DNA of 64,000 nucleotides from Candidatus Lokiarchaeum ossiferum (GTDB lineage Archaea; Asgardarchaeota; Lokiarchaeia; Sigyniarchaeales; Promethearchaeaceae): NCBI GenBank assembly GCA_025839675.1, contig CP104013.1, positions 2,977,121 to 3,041,120 of the forward strand, read 5' to 3'. Shown piece by piece: positions 39,089 to 49,591 of this stretch (position 1 is its first letter; each line of letters starts with the position of its first letter). The notes under the pieces were generated by a model. It saw only the letters and a program-made list of their open reading frames with translations, ran no database searches and was not told where the DNA came from. The position numbers and the translations under genes were made by a program.

Positions 39089-39934
39089 TTATTCTTTTTT
39101 CTCAATGACATAGACTAAAAATTCTTGAATCTTTTGAAAACCTACTTTTTCGGCGAGTTTGACAGATGCAGTGTTATTTTGGAAACAATACCAATGAGGA
39201 GTTAAGTTCTTTTTATATGACAGAGAGATCATTTGATTCGCAACATGTGTGGCTAAACCCTTTCTCCAGTATTCTTCCACGGTATCAATGCCCAATTCTG
39301 CACAGGATCGGGCAATATTGCCAATGATCGCCCATGAAGCGAGTGAATTGGTATTTTCATCAATCACACAATATCCATACCCTCCAGATAGAAATTTTTC
39401 GAGTGACCCCCAATCCGATTCAATCTCTTCTTGCAAATCGAGAATATATTTTAAGCCCGAGTTCTTAAAAAGCTTAGAATCCATCGGATGCCCCACAAAT
39501 GGTGCAGGCAGCGATTCCGAAGACTTCATTGGATCCGAGAGAGTATGAGGACGTTCATAAAAACAAGCCACTTCGGGCTTAATTGTCCATTTAGATGTAA
39601 AAAATGAAATTATAGATTTATTCCACTGCTCAGAAGAGGTATATATTACAAATACGGGTGATTTCGATCGTTTTTCTGCATCTGGAATAATTTCGTCTTG
39701 GAACAGCTTTTGAATCATTTCGCACAATGGCTCAGAAAATTCTTTACTAACTAAATACACCCCATCTGCAAAGTCCCATAACAATGCAATTGTTGGGAGT
39801 GTAGGATCATCTATCCATAACGCACCTTCTGAAGTACCGTCAAGTAAGGCTTCTACTGCAATAGTGAATTCTAAGGGTTTGAAGAATGTTAAGAGAGTTT
39901 TCTTATCAAACTCTGTAATTCTTTGTAAGGTCAT
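39089..39934 (-). CDS. Hypothetical protein with C-terminal GNAT-like acetyltransferase domain
   Basis: The C-terminal region is GYCVIDEN...SWAIIGNIARSCAELGIDT...NTASVKLAEKVGFQ. The call is tentative. Confidence 0.3.
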   Translation of the reverse strand: MTLQRITEFDKKTLLTFFKPLEFTIAVEALLDGTSEGALWIDDPTLPTIALLWDFADGVYLVSKEFSEPLCEMIQKLFQDEIIPDAEKRSKSPVFVIYTSSEQWNKSIISFFTSKWTIKPEVACFYERPHTLSDPMKSSESLPAPFVGHPMDSKLFKNSGLKYILDLQEEIESDWGSLEKFLSGGYGYCVIDENTNSLASWAIIGNIARSCAELGIDTVEEYWRKGLATHVANQMISLSYKKNLTPHWYCFQNNTASVKLAEKVGFQKIQEFLVYVIEKKE

Positions 39935-40029
39935 TAGGGAAAAGTAAATTATTGCATTTGAAAAACTCTTGGAAAAAAAAGTTAGACATTTTCATAAGGG
40001 AAAAAACAAAAAATGAACTTATTCTAAAT

Positions 40030-41256
40030 TTACCAAACTTTAACGGTGCCTTCGGCGAGTTCTTTTCGGAGGGTCAAATAATCGTCCAATTCTGCTTGTA
40101 AAATCTCTTTAGCTCGTTTTGACACCACATCAAAGTTTACATTAGCAGCCGGAATTAATTCGATGTCACCCATCCATGGTTGATTTATTGGGTGCCCAAT
40201 TTGGCTGACAATTCGGATTTGGCATTCAACAACATCACCTTTCAATTCCTTGATAATGCTGCGAGCGGCCCGATTAGACATGAGCGAATAGAGTTTTCCA
40301 ATATGATTGTTACTATTTTTTCCTGCGGCGGCTTCAAGAGTTTGAACACGTCCAGGGGTAATTAAACCATTTGCACGATTTCCACGCCCTACTTGTCCAT
40401 CATCTCCCGCTTCTGCGGAAGTTCCTGTGATGGTTAAGAACATTATATCTTTTTCAATAATATCTCCAGTATTCACGCTAACCTTAACACTATGATCTTC
40501 CTTTAAGCCATCACACACTTTCAATGCAGCTTCTTGGACTTGAGCTACTGCGTTAATGTATTCAGATCTATCATTTACATATTTAGACACCATGGCATTA
40601 CAAAGAGTTATTTCAATATCCTTGCCATTACGTAAGCCCATAACTTTGATATCTTCTCCAGAAGCTGGACAAAGATCTTTGAATTTACTGGAGTTCAAAT
40701 AAGTTTCAACATCATAGACCATTTGATCAGTCGATGAGAATGGTGCAAACCCAACTCCAAAACTGGTATCATTGGCTAAGGGAATATGATCTTGCCCGTT
40801 TCGTTCTTGATTATATAAGCCAGTTAAATCAATTGATCCACTCTTAGTTCGAGCGTCAATAATAACATGCTTTTCTAAATCAATGTTACGGAAAGTATAT
40901 TTGAATACATCTTGAATCGCAGATCGACAAATGGTTCTGACGGGAATAGGAACTAATTTCCCCCCAACGATGGCTTGATCAATTGCCCTTCCAATTATTT
41001 CAAATTCTTGAGGTTGAAGAATTTTACCCCCACCAAACTCTGGAGCGGCTTGTCCAGCGACGTAAGCGGCTTTATCTACATTATGATGGAAATAAGTATC
41101 AAAATTTTCAATATAATATTTTGTCAAAGCACGGGAACATGCTTCGGCACATTCATCAGCTACACTATCAGGATGCCCTTTTCCTTTTCGTTCTACCATT
41201 TCTGGAAAATCAGCTAGACCAACAGGGACACGGTTGGATTTTGTAATATGTATCAT
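40030..41256 (-). CDS. Archaeal-type S-adenosylmethionine synthetase (methionine adenosyltransferase)
   Basis: [24 protein letters not shown] is the archaeal MAT (PF01941) N-terminal signature. The protein is 408 aa. Confidence 0.85.
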   Translation of the reverse strand: MIHITKSNRVPVGLADFPEMVERKGKGHPDSVADECAEACSRALTKYYIENFDTYFHHNVDKAAYVAGQAAPEFGGGKILQPQEFEIIGRAIDQAIVGGKLVPIPVRTICRSAIQDVFKYTFRNIDLEKHVIIDARTKSGSIDLTGLYNQERNGQDHIPLANDTSFGVGFAPFSSTDQMVYDVETYLNSSKFKDLCPASGEDIKVMGLRNGKDIEITLCNAMVSKYVNDRSEYINAVAQVQEAALKVCDGLKEDHSVKVSVNTGDIIEKDIMFLTITGTSAEAGDDGQVGRGNRANGLITPGRVQTLEAAAGKNSNNHIGKLYSLMSNRAARSIIKELKGDVVECQIRIVSQIGHPINQPWMGDIELIPAANVNFDVVSKRAKEILQAELDDYLTLRKELAEGTVKVW

Positions 41257-42156
41257 ATTTGCTGTCCTCGAATATTCCTAAACAGAATTTCTTAATATGA
41301 TAAGGAAAGGATCTTTTATTAATTTTTTTTTCTAAAACTTACAAAGGGTAATTAATGTTAATTATTTCAAAAGTGGAATGCTACTTTTTCACGATCTATT
41401 CCATGATTTGTATTTTTTGTTAAAGAAATTTTGTTAACATCGTGAGAACTTAACTTTTTTTACTCCAAGAAATTTTGAAAAAAAATAAATCATCCTTTTT
41501 TTATAAACTAAGAATTGAGTATTTAAACAAAAATAAAAAAAAGAAGACTACTGAAAGAAATTTAAAGCGCATGAATTTTACTTTGTCATTTAAGAAGCTT
41601 GTGAAGGTGGATTTTGAACTTCCAAGTAATAATAAACAATTTATATTTGAATATAAAACTTCACAAATTGATTCTGAATGATATGAAATTGAGGGTTTTT
41701 GATCACTAATCACATCACGATATCATGCACATCCTAGCCAAATATCACTAACTGAAAGAAAATCTAATAAATCCACACTCTTTCTCCTTTTATATGAGTT
41801 TGATGACGATAAAGAATTAAGTCGAAATTATTCGATATATAGTAAGGTGAAAACATGGCTGAATCAAAATTGATGTGGATGAAGCAAAATGAATCGCGCT
41901 ATTTAAGCCCCCAAAAACCAGGAAAGTATAAACGTCCTTCTCGAGGGAACGCAAGATTGCGCCATTTGTCAGTTCCTCAGCAGAAAGAGAACTCTCCCCA
42001 AACTACCATGGATAGCTTCTTAGGAACAAAAAAATCTGAAATATTTGATGAAGAATTTTCCAAAGCCGATTTTCAATTACTCACGGCTCGATGGAAAAAA
42101 AAATTTTTAGAAGAAGTGCCTGCAAATTAATTTTTTCTTGCTTCTTGCGTTTTCCT

Positions 42157-42618
42157 TTAGATATCATATACTATTTTAATTTCTGTTTTTTGTTCTGCTT
42201 CTTTGATTTCAAGATAAGAATAGGTAATTGCCTTAACCTCAGTATCGGGAATATATTTCTGAGAATCAAAAATATCACCATAACCTGTTCCTTTTAGCAT
42301 AAAATGACCATTCTCTAAAGGAACGATTGCTTCAAGAGCCACTCGATGAAAAATTAAACCTTCCGTATCAAACAAAAATAGAAATTCTGTAAGAAACGCA
42401 ATTAACAGCGAACCTTTTGTTTCTTCAATAATTTCAAACTGATAGGTTTCATTTTCTTCGATAGAGTGATAATTTTCAATCATTGTCTCCATCAACCCAT
42501 ACACACATTGTTCAAAGGCTTGTTCCAAAGCGGGACCCCATGCATGCACCCATACATCTGCCGTATGATCCAAGTATTCAAACCCCGCTGTGGAGGAAGA
42601 AACATCTGATCGACTCAT
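42157..42618 (-). CDS. Archease (tRNA ligase RtcB activator)
   Basis: FEYLDHTADVWVHAWGPALEQAFEQCVYGLMETM is the conserved DHTAD archease motif. Confidence 0.8.
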   Translation of the reverse strand: MSRSDVSSSTAGFEYLDHTADVWVHAWGPALEQAFEQCVYGLMETMIENYHSIEENETYQFEIIEETKGSLLIAFLTEFLFLFDTEGLIFHRVALEAIVPLENGHFMLKGTGYGDIFDSQKYIPDTEVKAITYSYLEIKEAEQKTEIKIVYDI

Positions 42619-42679
42619 ATGTTCTTGAATTGAAGAAAAGTGATAAATTTTTTCTTTTCTTAGGGTTTTTCATAGACAA

Positions 42680-43486
42680 GTGATTATTTTGAAAAATCGA
42701 ATAATATTTACTTTAAATCCCTCTCAATCACGTCGATTAATTGCTAAGGGAATCGTCGCCCTTCCAGAAATACAGCATGCATTGGAAGATGGAAAAATCT
42801 TTGTATCTCGAGGATCAACGAATGCTTATGTCCTAGAAGAACTCTATGCCTTGAAAAATATTCAAGAAAATTTTAATAAAGGAGATTACAATGCGGGGCA
42901 AATTGTTCCTCGAGAAAATACGATGAGTCTCTGGGTTAATAAGGGAGAGCGCAAACAAGAAGTTATGTTTTCCAAAGGGGAAAAAATTGATGTAGAAGAT
43001 CATGTAAAAACCATCGAAAAATTCAACCAAAATGACATCTTTATTAAAGGGGCTAATGCACTTGATATAAAGGGCGTCCCTGCAGTTTTAGCAGCAGGAA
43101 GGGGCGGAGGTACAATTGGAAGAGCACAGGGTACCCTTCAAGCCAAAGGAATAGAGGTTATTTGCCCCATTGGACTCGAGAAAATGATTTTGGGGAATGT
43201 TTTAGAACTTCAGCAATTGATGGGAGTCAACAATCTAGATAAACCAGCCCAAGGTTTGCCTTGTGGACTAATTCCTATGCCTTTCGCATCCACGTTCACC
43301 GAAATTGATGCTTTTGAAACCCTTTTTGAATGTGAAGCCTATCATGTAGCTTCAGGAGGGGTAGGTGGTGCGGAAGGAAGTGTGAGTATTTTGGTGGATG
43401 TCTTTGATGATGCTGAAATGAAAGCGGTTAATCAATTGATGGACAAAATTATGCAGGAACCGGTCTACAAGCCGAATTTGGATTAA
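42680..43486 (+). CDS. Conserved hypothetical protein (glycine-rich GRGGGTIGRAQG / ASGGVGGAEG segments)
   Basis: The protein is 268 aa with a GTG start. No family was recognised. Confidence 0.3.
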   Translation: MIILKNRIIFTLNPSQSRRLIAKGIVALPEIQHALEDGKIFVSRGSTNAYVLEELYALKNIQENFNKGDYNAGQIVPRENTMSLWVNKGERKQEVMFSKGEKIDVEDHVKTIEKFNQNDIFIKGANALDIKGVPAVLAAGRGGGTIGRAQGTLQAKGIEVICPIGLEKMILGNVLELQQLMGVNNLDKPAQGLPCGLIPMPFASTFTEIDAFETLFECEAYHVASGGVGGAEGSVSILVDVFDDAEMKAVNQLMDKIMQEPVYKPNLD

Positions 43487-43521
43487 AGAGCAAAAAAAGA
43501 TTTAACAAATTTGCTATGTTT

Positions 43522-44142
43522 TTATTCGAAATCTTCAATGGAATCCTTTAAAGCAGCCCACATTGCATTAACTTCGGCTCGCTCTTCAACCAATTGTTCC
43601 CATTTCTTTTCCATTTCTTTTTTACTGCGTTCAAATTCTCTTTCAGTATCTTTTAAAGCATCTTCAGTTTTAGAAAGGGAGTCAGCGGCTACCATTTTAT
43701 TTTTTTCTTTTTCAATTCGTAAGCCGATTTCTACAATTCTTTTTCTAATTTTCGCGTTATTCACAACAAGTTTGTTGTATTCTTCCATTCGTTTAACCAT
43801 ACCTTTCTTTTGAAGGGCCAAATCCTTGGTACGATCGTAATATCCTTCTAAAGCTTTAATCTGATCAGTTACTTCTGCCACGCGCTGTTTATAGGCTTTA
43901 ACATCGGCATCATCAACGCCAGAATTTTCTTCACGGGCTAAAACTTCCATCTGCTTCGATTTATCCTTCATCTTTCGAACATAATTACTAAGATCTTTTG
44001 TATAACTTTGATAAAGTTCTCCCATCTTTTTTTCCGCAGATGCAATAGTTTCGATTTTCTTGGCGATTTTTCCAAAATCCGATGCTACTTCAACATCGAT
44101 TTTTGCAAGTTCGATTAAGTCTTGGTGTGTTATAATTGGCAT
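43522..44142 (-). CDS. Coiled-coil protein (possible PspA/ESCRT-III-superfamily or prefoldin-like)
   Basis: The protein is 206 aa and almost entirely heptad-repeat helical and charged. It sits at the distal end of the exosome/eL43 gene string. Confidence 0.3.
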   Translation of the reverse strand: MPIITHQDLIELAKIDVEVASDFGKIAKKIETIASAEKKMGELYQSYTKDLSNYVRKMKDKSKQMEVLAREENSGVDDADVKAYKQRVAEVTDQIKALEGYYDRTKDLALQKKGMVKRMEEYNKLVVNNAKIRKRIVEIGLRIEKEKNKMVAADSLSKTEDALKDTEREFERSKKEMEKKWEQLVEERAEVNAMWAALKDSIEDFE

Positions 44143-44228
44143 TTTTCTTTCTACCTTCTTAAAATAAAATTTCTTATAATACTATATTTGGATACGAGAT
44201 AAATAAACTTAGTGGGCGAATTCCAATT

Positions 44229-44489
44229 CTATAATTCAGAGGTTAAATGAATAGTTTTTTCCACAATATGAGCAAATTGAATTAAAGAATTGATAGTGGC
44301 ACGAAAAGCAGTAGCATCTTCAGCATGAATATGAAATTGAATAACAGAGGATTCAGATTTGGGAGGATTTACTTGCCAATGAGATCGTTTTAATGGCATA
44401 TCATTGAACTCTGGTAAAAATGAAGCATAAAAAATCTGAGCGTCTTCGGGGGAATCAAATTGAAAAGAGATTTGCGTAGATATCTTCAC
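44229..44489 (-). CDS. Pcc1-like (KEOPS subunit) small protein
   Basis: The 86-aa protein shows a Pcc1-like pattern (ISFQFDSPEDAQIFYASFLPE...ATAFRATINSLIQFAHIVEK) and has a GTG start. Its position next to eL43 in the superoperon is conserved. Confidence 0.4.
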   Translation of the reverse strand: MKISTQISFQFDSPEDAQIFYASFLPEFNDMPLKRSHWQVNPPKSESSVIQFHIHAEDATAFRATINSLIQFAHIVEKTIHLTSEL

Positions 44490-44597
44490 GATTACTCACT
44501 GTCTCAGATTTTGGTTAAATTAAGAATAGATTAAAAAGATGGAGATTGAAAAAATAAAGCAGAATGAAAATTAATGAAATTAATTAAGTACTAACAT

Positions 44598-44888
44598 TTA
44601 TTTTTTTTCAACTTCAGCAGCTTCCCGACTTAATCGAGAGGCAATACGAATCGCTTCTTTTCCACGTGGGGTAGCACTTTCCCAAGCTCCACCGGTCCAA
44701 GTAGCATCACATTTTTTACAGTGCCAGACACCAACAGATTCTCGCATATTTCGAACTTTTGTTTCACAACGTGGGCATTTTACTATACCTTTCTGTTTCT
44801 CTGCAATAACATTCCATTGCTTACGGGTTTTGGCACCATATCGAGTTCCAAACTTTCCGGAAATGCCAACTTTTTTTGTTTTAGCCAT
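44598..44888 (-). CDS. rpl37ae: 50S ribosomal protein eL43 (L37ae)
   Basis: MAKTKKVGISGKFGTRYGAKTRKQ...CPRCETKVRNMRESVGVWHCKKCDATWTGGAW is a C4 zinc ribbon. Confidence 0.95.
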   Translation of the reverse strand: MAKTKKVGISGKFGTRYGAKTRKQWNVIAEKQKGIVKCPRCETKVRNMRESVGVWHCKKCDATWTGGAWESATPRGKEAIRIASRLSREAAEVEKK

Positions 44889-45028
44889 CTAAATCATTTT
44901 TCCCCATGCTTAGCATGATCTATAAATCGAATATAAATTGAATAAAGAAGCAAATAAAAAAAGTTTTACTAATTTCCACCGAATTAATCAAGTTAAGGGT
45001 GAAAAAAAGGGAAGATTTTGAAGTCTTC

Positions 45029-45865
45029 TTATTTAGCTTTTGGAACGTATTGTCGTAAATTCAATTTTTGTCGTAAACTATCGCCAATTTCAATTGCTTT
45101 CTTAGAGAGAGTTATAATTTCTTCAACGGTCCACACGGCGGAACCGTATTTCTGAATAGAAGTGACTTGTTTCTTTTCATCGACTGCAAAGGCAATGCTT
45201 CCATCTAGACAAAGTTCTTCCGCAATGATGGGATCTACAAAAGTGACACCATCAATTTTTCCAAAAGTAATGCTTAAAGGAATTTCTTTGATTGGAAGAG
45301 GAGCATACGTGCCGTCCCATTCGGGATCTCCAGACTCACCTACTTTTGCACCAGGTAAATTTGTACTTAACAAGGCAGCAATAGCGGCAATAGCGGAAGC
45401 ATCGGTTAAATTTCCAAAGTAATCCATCATATAACAATCCACAAATAGAATGTAAACATGCTCGTAAGGAACGATGCACAAAGCTTCATAATCGATACAA
45501 TCCGTATGTCGAATTCCACGATCAACCACACGTGCTAACTGAATAGAATCTTCTCCAGGTCGTCCAGGTTCAAACATGGAACTCGCAATTGGAACAAATT
45601 CACTCATCACAGTACACACTCCTTTATCAGGATTATCTCCAAAAGGTCGACCAATATCATACTTTACACCGCACATGACTCGGGTTTCGCCAAGAAATAC
45701 ATCAGCGGAGCCTTCAGCTTTAGGGACAAAATTAGTTGTAATTTTAACTTCACGGAACTCAAACAACTCTCGCCCATCAATACGTTTTCCTTGTCGGAGT
45801 AATTTGGAAATATATTTTTTTTCTAAGGAACTAACTACTCTATGAACATCCATCTTAATTGTCAT
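45029..45865 (-). CDS. rrp42: Exosome complex component Rrp42 (RNase PH-like, non-catalytic)
   Basis: The N-terminal pattern YISKLLRQGKRIDGRELFEFREVKI is followed by an RNase PH fold. The ORF-track start at 45973 would overlap rrp41 by 119 nt, so I placed the start at the ATG at 45865 (MTIKMD); 45853 (MDVH) is the alternative. Confidence 0.8.
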   Translation of the reverse strand: MTIKMDVHRVVSSLEKKYISKLLRQGKRIDGRELFEFREVKITTNFVPKAEGSADVFLGETRVMCGVKYDIGRPFGDNPDKGVCTVMSEFVPIASSMFEPGRPGEDSIQLARVVDRGIRHTDCIDYEALCIVPYEHVYILFVDCYMMDYFGNLTDASAIAAIAALLSTNLPGAKVGESGDPEWDGTYAPLPIKEIPLSITFGKIDGVTFVDPIIAEELCLDGSIAFAVDEKKQVTSIQKYGSAVWTVEEIITLSKKAIEIGDSLRQKLNLRQYVPKAK

Positions 45866-46823
45866 CTCCCTGTTTTGGGGCTTCAGGAGCCGGAGTTTCA
45901 GGAGCAGATGCTTCGGAAACAGGTGTTTCTGGAACTTTTTCAGATGATTCTCCTTGTTTCTCGGCAGGAACATCTACAGGTGCTTTAGGTGTAGCAGGAA
46001 CTGCTTCAGAAGATGCTTCTTTAGTTTCTGGTACAGCAGAAGTATGTTTTGCAACTTCTACATTCTCGATCTTGACTTCATCAGAGATTTGCATATATTT
46101 ACTCTTTAAAGCTTCTAATTGTTTTTGATAAATATCTTCGGCACCTTTCAGAATGTATTTGAACCCTAATTCCATCTCTTCTGCGGTCATCTCTCCATCA
46201 AATTGTAATAAGGAAATCGTTTTATCTTTCATTACTACCACAGCAGGAACATCAGCTTGGCCAACTTTATCTTCTTTATCTCCAAGATCTAAAATAACTT
46301 TATCTTGGGCTTTTCCAGCAGCTACTCCTACCACGAGCGATTTCATCGGAATCCCTGCATCTGCGAGTGCGAGTGAAGCAGCTGTTGTTGATGCACATCG
46401 AGTGCCCCCGTCTGCAGCTACCACTTCAATATAAATTTCAATTTGGGAATCAGGATAAGCTTCTAAGAAGAGCACAGGCTCTAGGGCTTCACGAATTACT
46501 TTTGAAATTTCATTTTCCCGGCGATTTGGAGCCGGACTTTTGCGTTCATGCACAGAGAAAGTACACATTCGATAATAAACTCGTAGGATTCCTCTGTCTG
46601 GTTTCGCCATATGGCGTGGATGAACTTCTCGGGGCCCATAGACCGCGGCGTAAATTTGATTTCCACCATGGCGAACTAATGCTGAGCCTTGGGCGTTCTT
46701 AATAACGCCGACTTCACAACTAAACGAACGAATCTCATCAAGAGCTCGTCCATCTAACCTCGACCCATCTTCTTTGAAACAAACTGGATCATGTGGTTCT
46801 TCAGTACCTTTTAAAATTGGCAT
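45855..46823 (-). CDS. rrp41: Exosome complex exonuclease Rrp41 (RNase PH-like, catalytic) with ~85-aa acidic Pro/Glu/Ala-rich C-terminal tail
   Basis: RLDGRALDEIRSF...GSALVRHGGNQIYAAVYGPRE and the rest of the RNase PH fold are present. The C-terminus ...VPETKEASSEAVPATPKAPVDVPAEKQGESSEKVPETPVSEASAPETPAPEAPKQGDDN is low complexity. The ATG at 46823 follows a TTG ORF start at 46832. Confidence 0.85.
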   Translation of the reverse strand: MPILKGTEEPHDPVCFKEDGSRLDGRALDEIRSFSCEVGVIKNAQGSALVRHGGNQIYAAVYGPREVHPRHMAKPDRGILRVYYRMCTFSVHERKSPAPNRRENEISKVIREALEPVLFLEAYPDSQIEIYIEVVAADGGTRCASTTAASLALADAGIPMKSLVVGVAAGKAQDKVILDLGDKEDKVGQADVPAVVVMKDKTISLLQFDGEMTAEEMELGFKYILKGAEDIYQKQLEALKSKYMQISDEVKIENVEVAKHTSAVPETKEASSEAVPATPKAPVDVPAEKQGESSEKVPETPVSEASAPETPAPEAPKQGDDN

Positions 46824-46824
46824 T

Positions 46825-47586
46825 TTATTCAATACCTCGTTTTTTCTTTTCTTCAGTAATATAATATTTTATTCGATCGGTTAATCCCGATGTGTGAGCT
46901 TCCCGTTCGATTTTATGAATCGCATCAATTAATAAACGTTCATGTTCAAAAGTCTTACCTTTAATCCAAATCCTTCCATTTTGGGCGACGAATACTTTAC
47001 TATGTAATAAACTTTTTAGTAAAGCAATCATACTACCTTTCTTTCCGATCACTCGGGGGATTTTGGTTGCAGGAATGCTAATTACCATCCCTGATTCGAT
47101 AATTCCCAAATCTTGGCCGAGAGCGGTTAGATCTGGTTCAGAAATGCGAGAGCCTGAGAGGACTTTACAAATTATTTGATCACCCATCTTCAATTTCTGC
47201 ATATCTCCTTCTTCCTTTACCCTGTAAGTTCCAGCTTGTCTGCCGCCGTAACCTCGCCCACGATTGCTCCGTTTAAAAGCATCCATAGGCTTTAAAATTC
47301 CAAGATATTTTGAGTTAATATCCATCAAGAATTTTACAGGTGTTTTTCCTATTACACGAGCGATAACTTTATCGCCCATTTGTGGATTATACAATCCATT
47401 TAAGGGCACCACATTCATATATTTACCTCGGGTTTCCTTAAATCCGACAAATAGTGAAATAATTTCACCGGCTTCAGTGCGTATTGCTCCCCGTCCAGGT
47501 ATTAAACTCGGATCAGTTGACAAAGTCATTCCGGGGGTTACAATCTCACGAGAGGTAGTCGGAGTTGTGTTTTCTGGTGTTTCCAT
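46825..47586 (-). CDS. rrp4: Exosome RNA-binding subunit Rrp4 (N-domain + S1 + KH)
   Basis: The S1-like GDKVIARVIGKTPVKFLMDI is followed by the KH GXXG in IPRVIGKKGSMIALLK. The ATG at 47586 follows a GTG ORF start at 47595. Confidence 0.8.
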   Translation of the reverse strand: METPENTTPTTSREIVTPGMTLSTDPSLIPGRGAIRTEAGEIISLFVGFKETRGKYMNVVPLNGLYNPQMGDKVIARVIGKTPVKFLMDINSKYLGILKPMDAFKRSNRGRGYGGRQAGTYRVKEEGDMQKLKMGDQIICKVLSGSRISEPDLTALGQDLGIIESGMVISIPATKIPRVIGKKGSMIALLKSLLHSKVFVAQNGRIWIKGKTFEHERLLIDAIHKIEREAHTSGLTDRIKYYITEEKKKRGIE

Positions 47587-47646
47587 AATATTCACTTTTT
47601 TTGTTTTGCTATTAATAATTAATTTTAGTTCTTAGCGGTTTGAGGA

Positions 47647-48441
47647 CTAGTTCTGAAGCAATTTGCTTTGCATTCGTCCATGGGTTAATTTGTTCAATTT
47701 CTCAAGCATTTCCATCTGGAGTCCTGCAGGAAGAGAGACCATCCCAACCCACGACCCATCAGTTTGCCATTCAGATTTTTTCACTTGGGCATATTTTTCA
47801 ACGGTATTATACGCTTTAGCTGCATATATTGCCGGAATTTTAACCGCCATTTCAACCGATTCCATGCGAATAGGAATAATTAATTGAATTTTCTTTAAGA
47901 TTGTTTCAATTTGCTCTTCCGCAGTTTTGTCTAAATCAATGGACACACGTGCTTCTTCCATAGCTTTTTCAATACGTTTGGGAGGATGTGGTTTTTTGCT
48001 TTGTGGATTCACACAATTCCGAGCAAGGATAGTTATAATTTGTTTTTTCTTTTTCTCTACCCATTTCTGACGTTGTGCTTGGGTCCACAAAAATTCCCCA
48101 TCCAAAACAAATTCCGCTGCGACTTCGCGTTCATTCGTTGTCTCAAATGCTTCTTGCAAATCTTCTGAAGTACATCGATCGGCTTTTTTTACATTTGTGA
48201 AGATATCATAAGTGGGAAAAATATTTGTTAGATCCAGATCAGGGTGATGTAAAAGATCCTCCCGAGTGAGAGCCTGATCTTGATTTTCTTTTTTGCGGTA
48301 TTCGGCTAAAATCTTTTTGGCTTTCCACGCTTCTTCTGGATCGCTCACCATTTCAAAATTAGTTTTGCCTTTCCGTAATTTTACAATAATATATTTCCCT
48401 AGATCAAAATTCCCCTTTGGACTACCACGGTTTTGACTCAA
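47647..48441 (-). CDS. SBDS/Sdo1-family ribosome maturation protein
   Basis: The N-terminal YIIVKLRKGKTNFEMVSDPEEAWKAK fits the SBDS FYSH pattern. Its position between psmA and rrp4 matches the exosome superoperon. The start is TTG. Confidence 0.65.
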   Translation of the reverse strand: MSQNRGSPKGNFDLGKYIIVKLRKGKTNFEMVSDPEEAWKAKKILAEYRKKENQDQALTREDLLHHPDLDLTNIFPTYDIFTNVKKADRCTSEDLQEAFETTNEREVAAEFVLDGEFLWTQAQRQKWVEKKKKQIITILARNCVNPQSKKPHPPKRIEKAMEEARVSIDLDKTAEEQIETILKKIQLIIPIRMESVEMAVKIPAIYAAKAYNTVEKYAQVKKSEWQTDGSWVGMVSLPAGLQMEMLEKLNKLTHGRMQSKLLQN

Positions 48442-48742
48442 TATTTTCCACCTTAATTTTTAGATGACAGAATTCGTTCCGTAAGATGGATATGCAAATA
48501 AGATGGTATACAAAAACGGTGAATACTCTTCATAAAGAAAAGCCATTCTTTTCGAAATCCCATGCGTTTCGAACTCGATCTCTAAACAACAATATCTATA
48601 AAGCAAAGAACTAAAAAAAGTTTCGTGAAAAAAGTTATTTACCGCAAGTGGAATGAAGAGATCAAAATGGTTTTGATTTGACATGATCGAAATTTTTATA
48701 TGTTGTTTTGTCGAGATCTAGACAGAACTAGAAGGTGCTAAA

Positions 48743-49339
48743 ATGGTAACAATATTTAACATAGAAATCGATTTACTTAGCTTGCTTCCAGGTTTATTCG
48801 CTGCAATATTGTCGATATATAACTGGTTTCAAATGCGCAAACCTGCGAATATAAAGATTGGTAGAATAGTTAATTATGGATTCATATCATCGAGTTATGA
48901 AAATGCATTATTTTTCTGTTTTCCGATGGTCTTTGAAAACATAAGCCCAAACAATGGGATCATTACAGAAATAAAAATCGGATTTCAATATGGTGGTGAA
49001 ACAAAGTATATTGATACCGATGCCCGAGTACGACTTAATGAATTCAGTGGCGCATCGATGCCTCAAATGAATTATGAGAAATTTACCGATGATGGATATC
49101 GTATTCTCTTACCGACCTATCCGATCCCAGTTGAAGGTTTTTCTTCAGAAAAAGTGACGATCATCTCAACAGTGTCGTTAGAAGATAAAATATTGTTGGC
49201 GGGGCAAGAAGGGAAAATGATAGTTGAAGTGTACTTTGGGGCAAACAAAGTCAATAAAACCACTTATGACTACTTTTTGTCGCAGGAATCCCTAGAATCA
49301 GACAATATTTTGATCTGGTTAAAAATGGTGGATAAATAA
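48743..49339 (+). CDS. Hypothetical membrane-anchored protein (opposite-strand insertion in the exosome superoperon)
   Basis: The N-terminal TM helix is LLSLLPGLFAAILSIYNWF. No homology was recognised. Confidence 0.35.
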   Translation: MVTIFNIEIDLLSLLPGLFAAILSIYNWFQMRKPANIKIGRIVNYGFISSSYENALFFCFPMVFENISPNNGIITEIKIGFQYGGETKYIDTDARVRLNEFSGASMPQMNYEKFTDDGYRILLPTYPIPVEGFSSEKVTIISTVSLEDKILLAGQEGKMIVEVYFGANKVNKTTYDYFLSQESLESDNILIWLKMVDK

Positions 49340-49591
49340 AAATATCAAAAAATAGACGCAAAAATTTATCCTTTTTTCATTTTCATTTATTTTCCGAATT
49401 TCATTCCTATATCTACAAGACGTATAGTTTTAAAGTATTACAAACTTCGTGCTCGAATTTTAACTTTGGCTTAAATTTTTTCGATATTAGTAAAGATGCA
49501 AAAAGGTGATCGTGAGATGAATTTCGATGAACATATCACAAAAAGAAAATAATTTTTTGAGAAAGGGAAAAAAGAGAATATAATCGGTGAA

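Noticed and set aside
41475-41713. Two overlapping short ORFs in the metK upstream gap
   Set aside because: They are lysine/asparagine homopolymer-like translations of an A-rich spacer, so they are not credible genes.
45855-45973. Long N-terminal extension of Rrp42 overlapping rrp41 by 119 nt (ORF-track start 45973)
   Set aside because: The extension is basic and low-complexity and is not found in Rrp42. The internal ATG at 45865 or 45853 gives a canonical N-terminus.
48460-48684. 74-aa ORF between SBDS and the plus-strand TM gene
   Set aside because: The composition is atypical (MSNQNHFDLF...YRYCCLE). The region is more likely a promoter or UTR.
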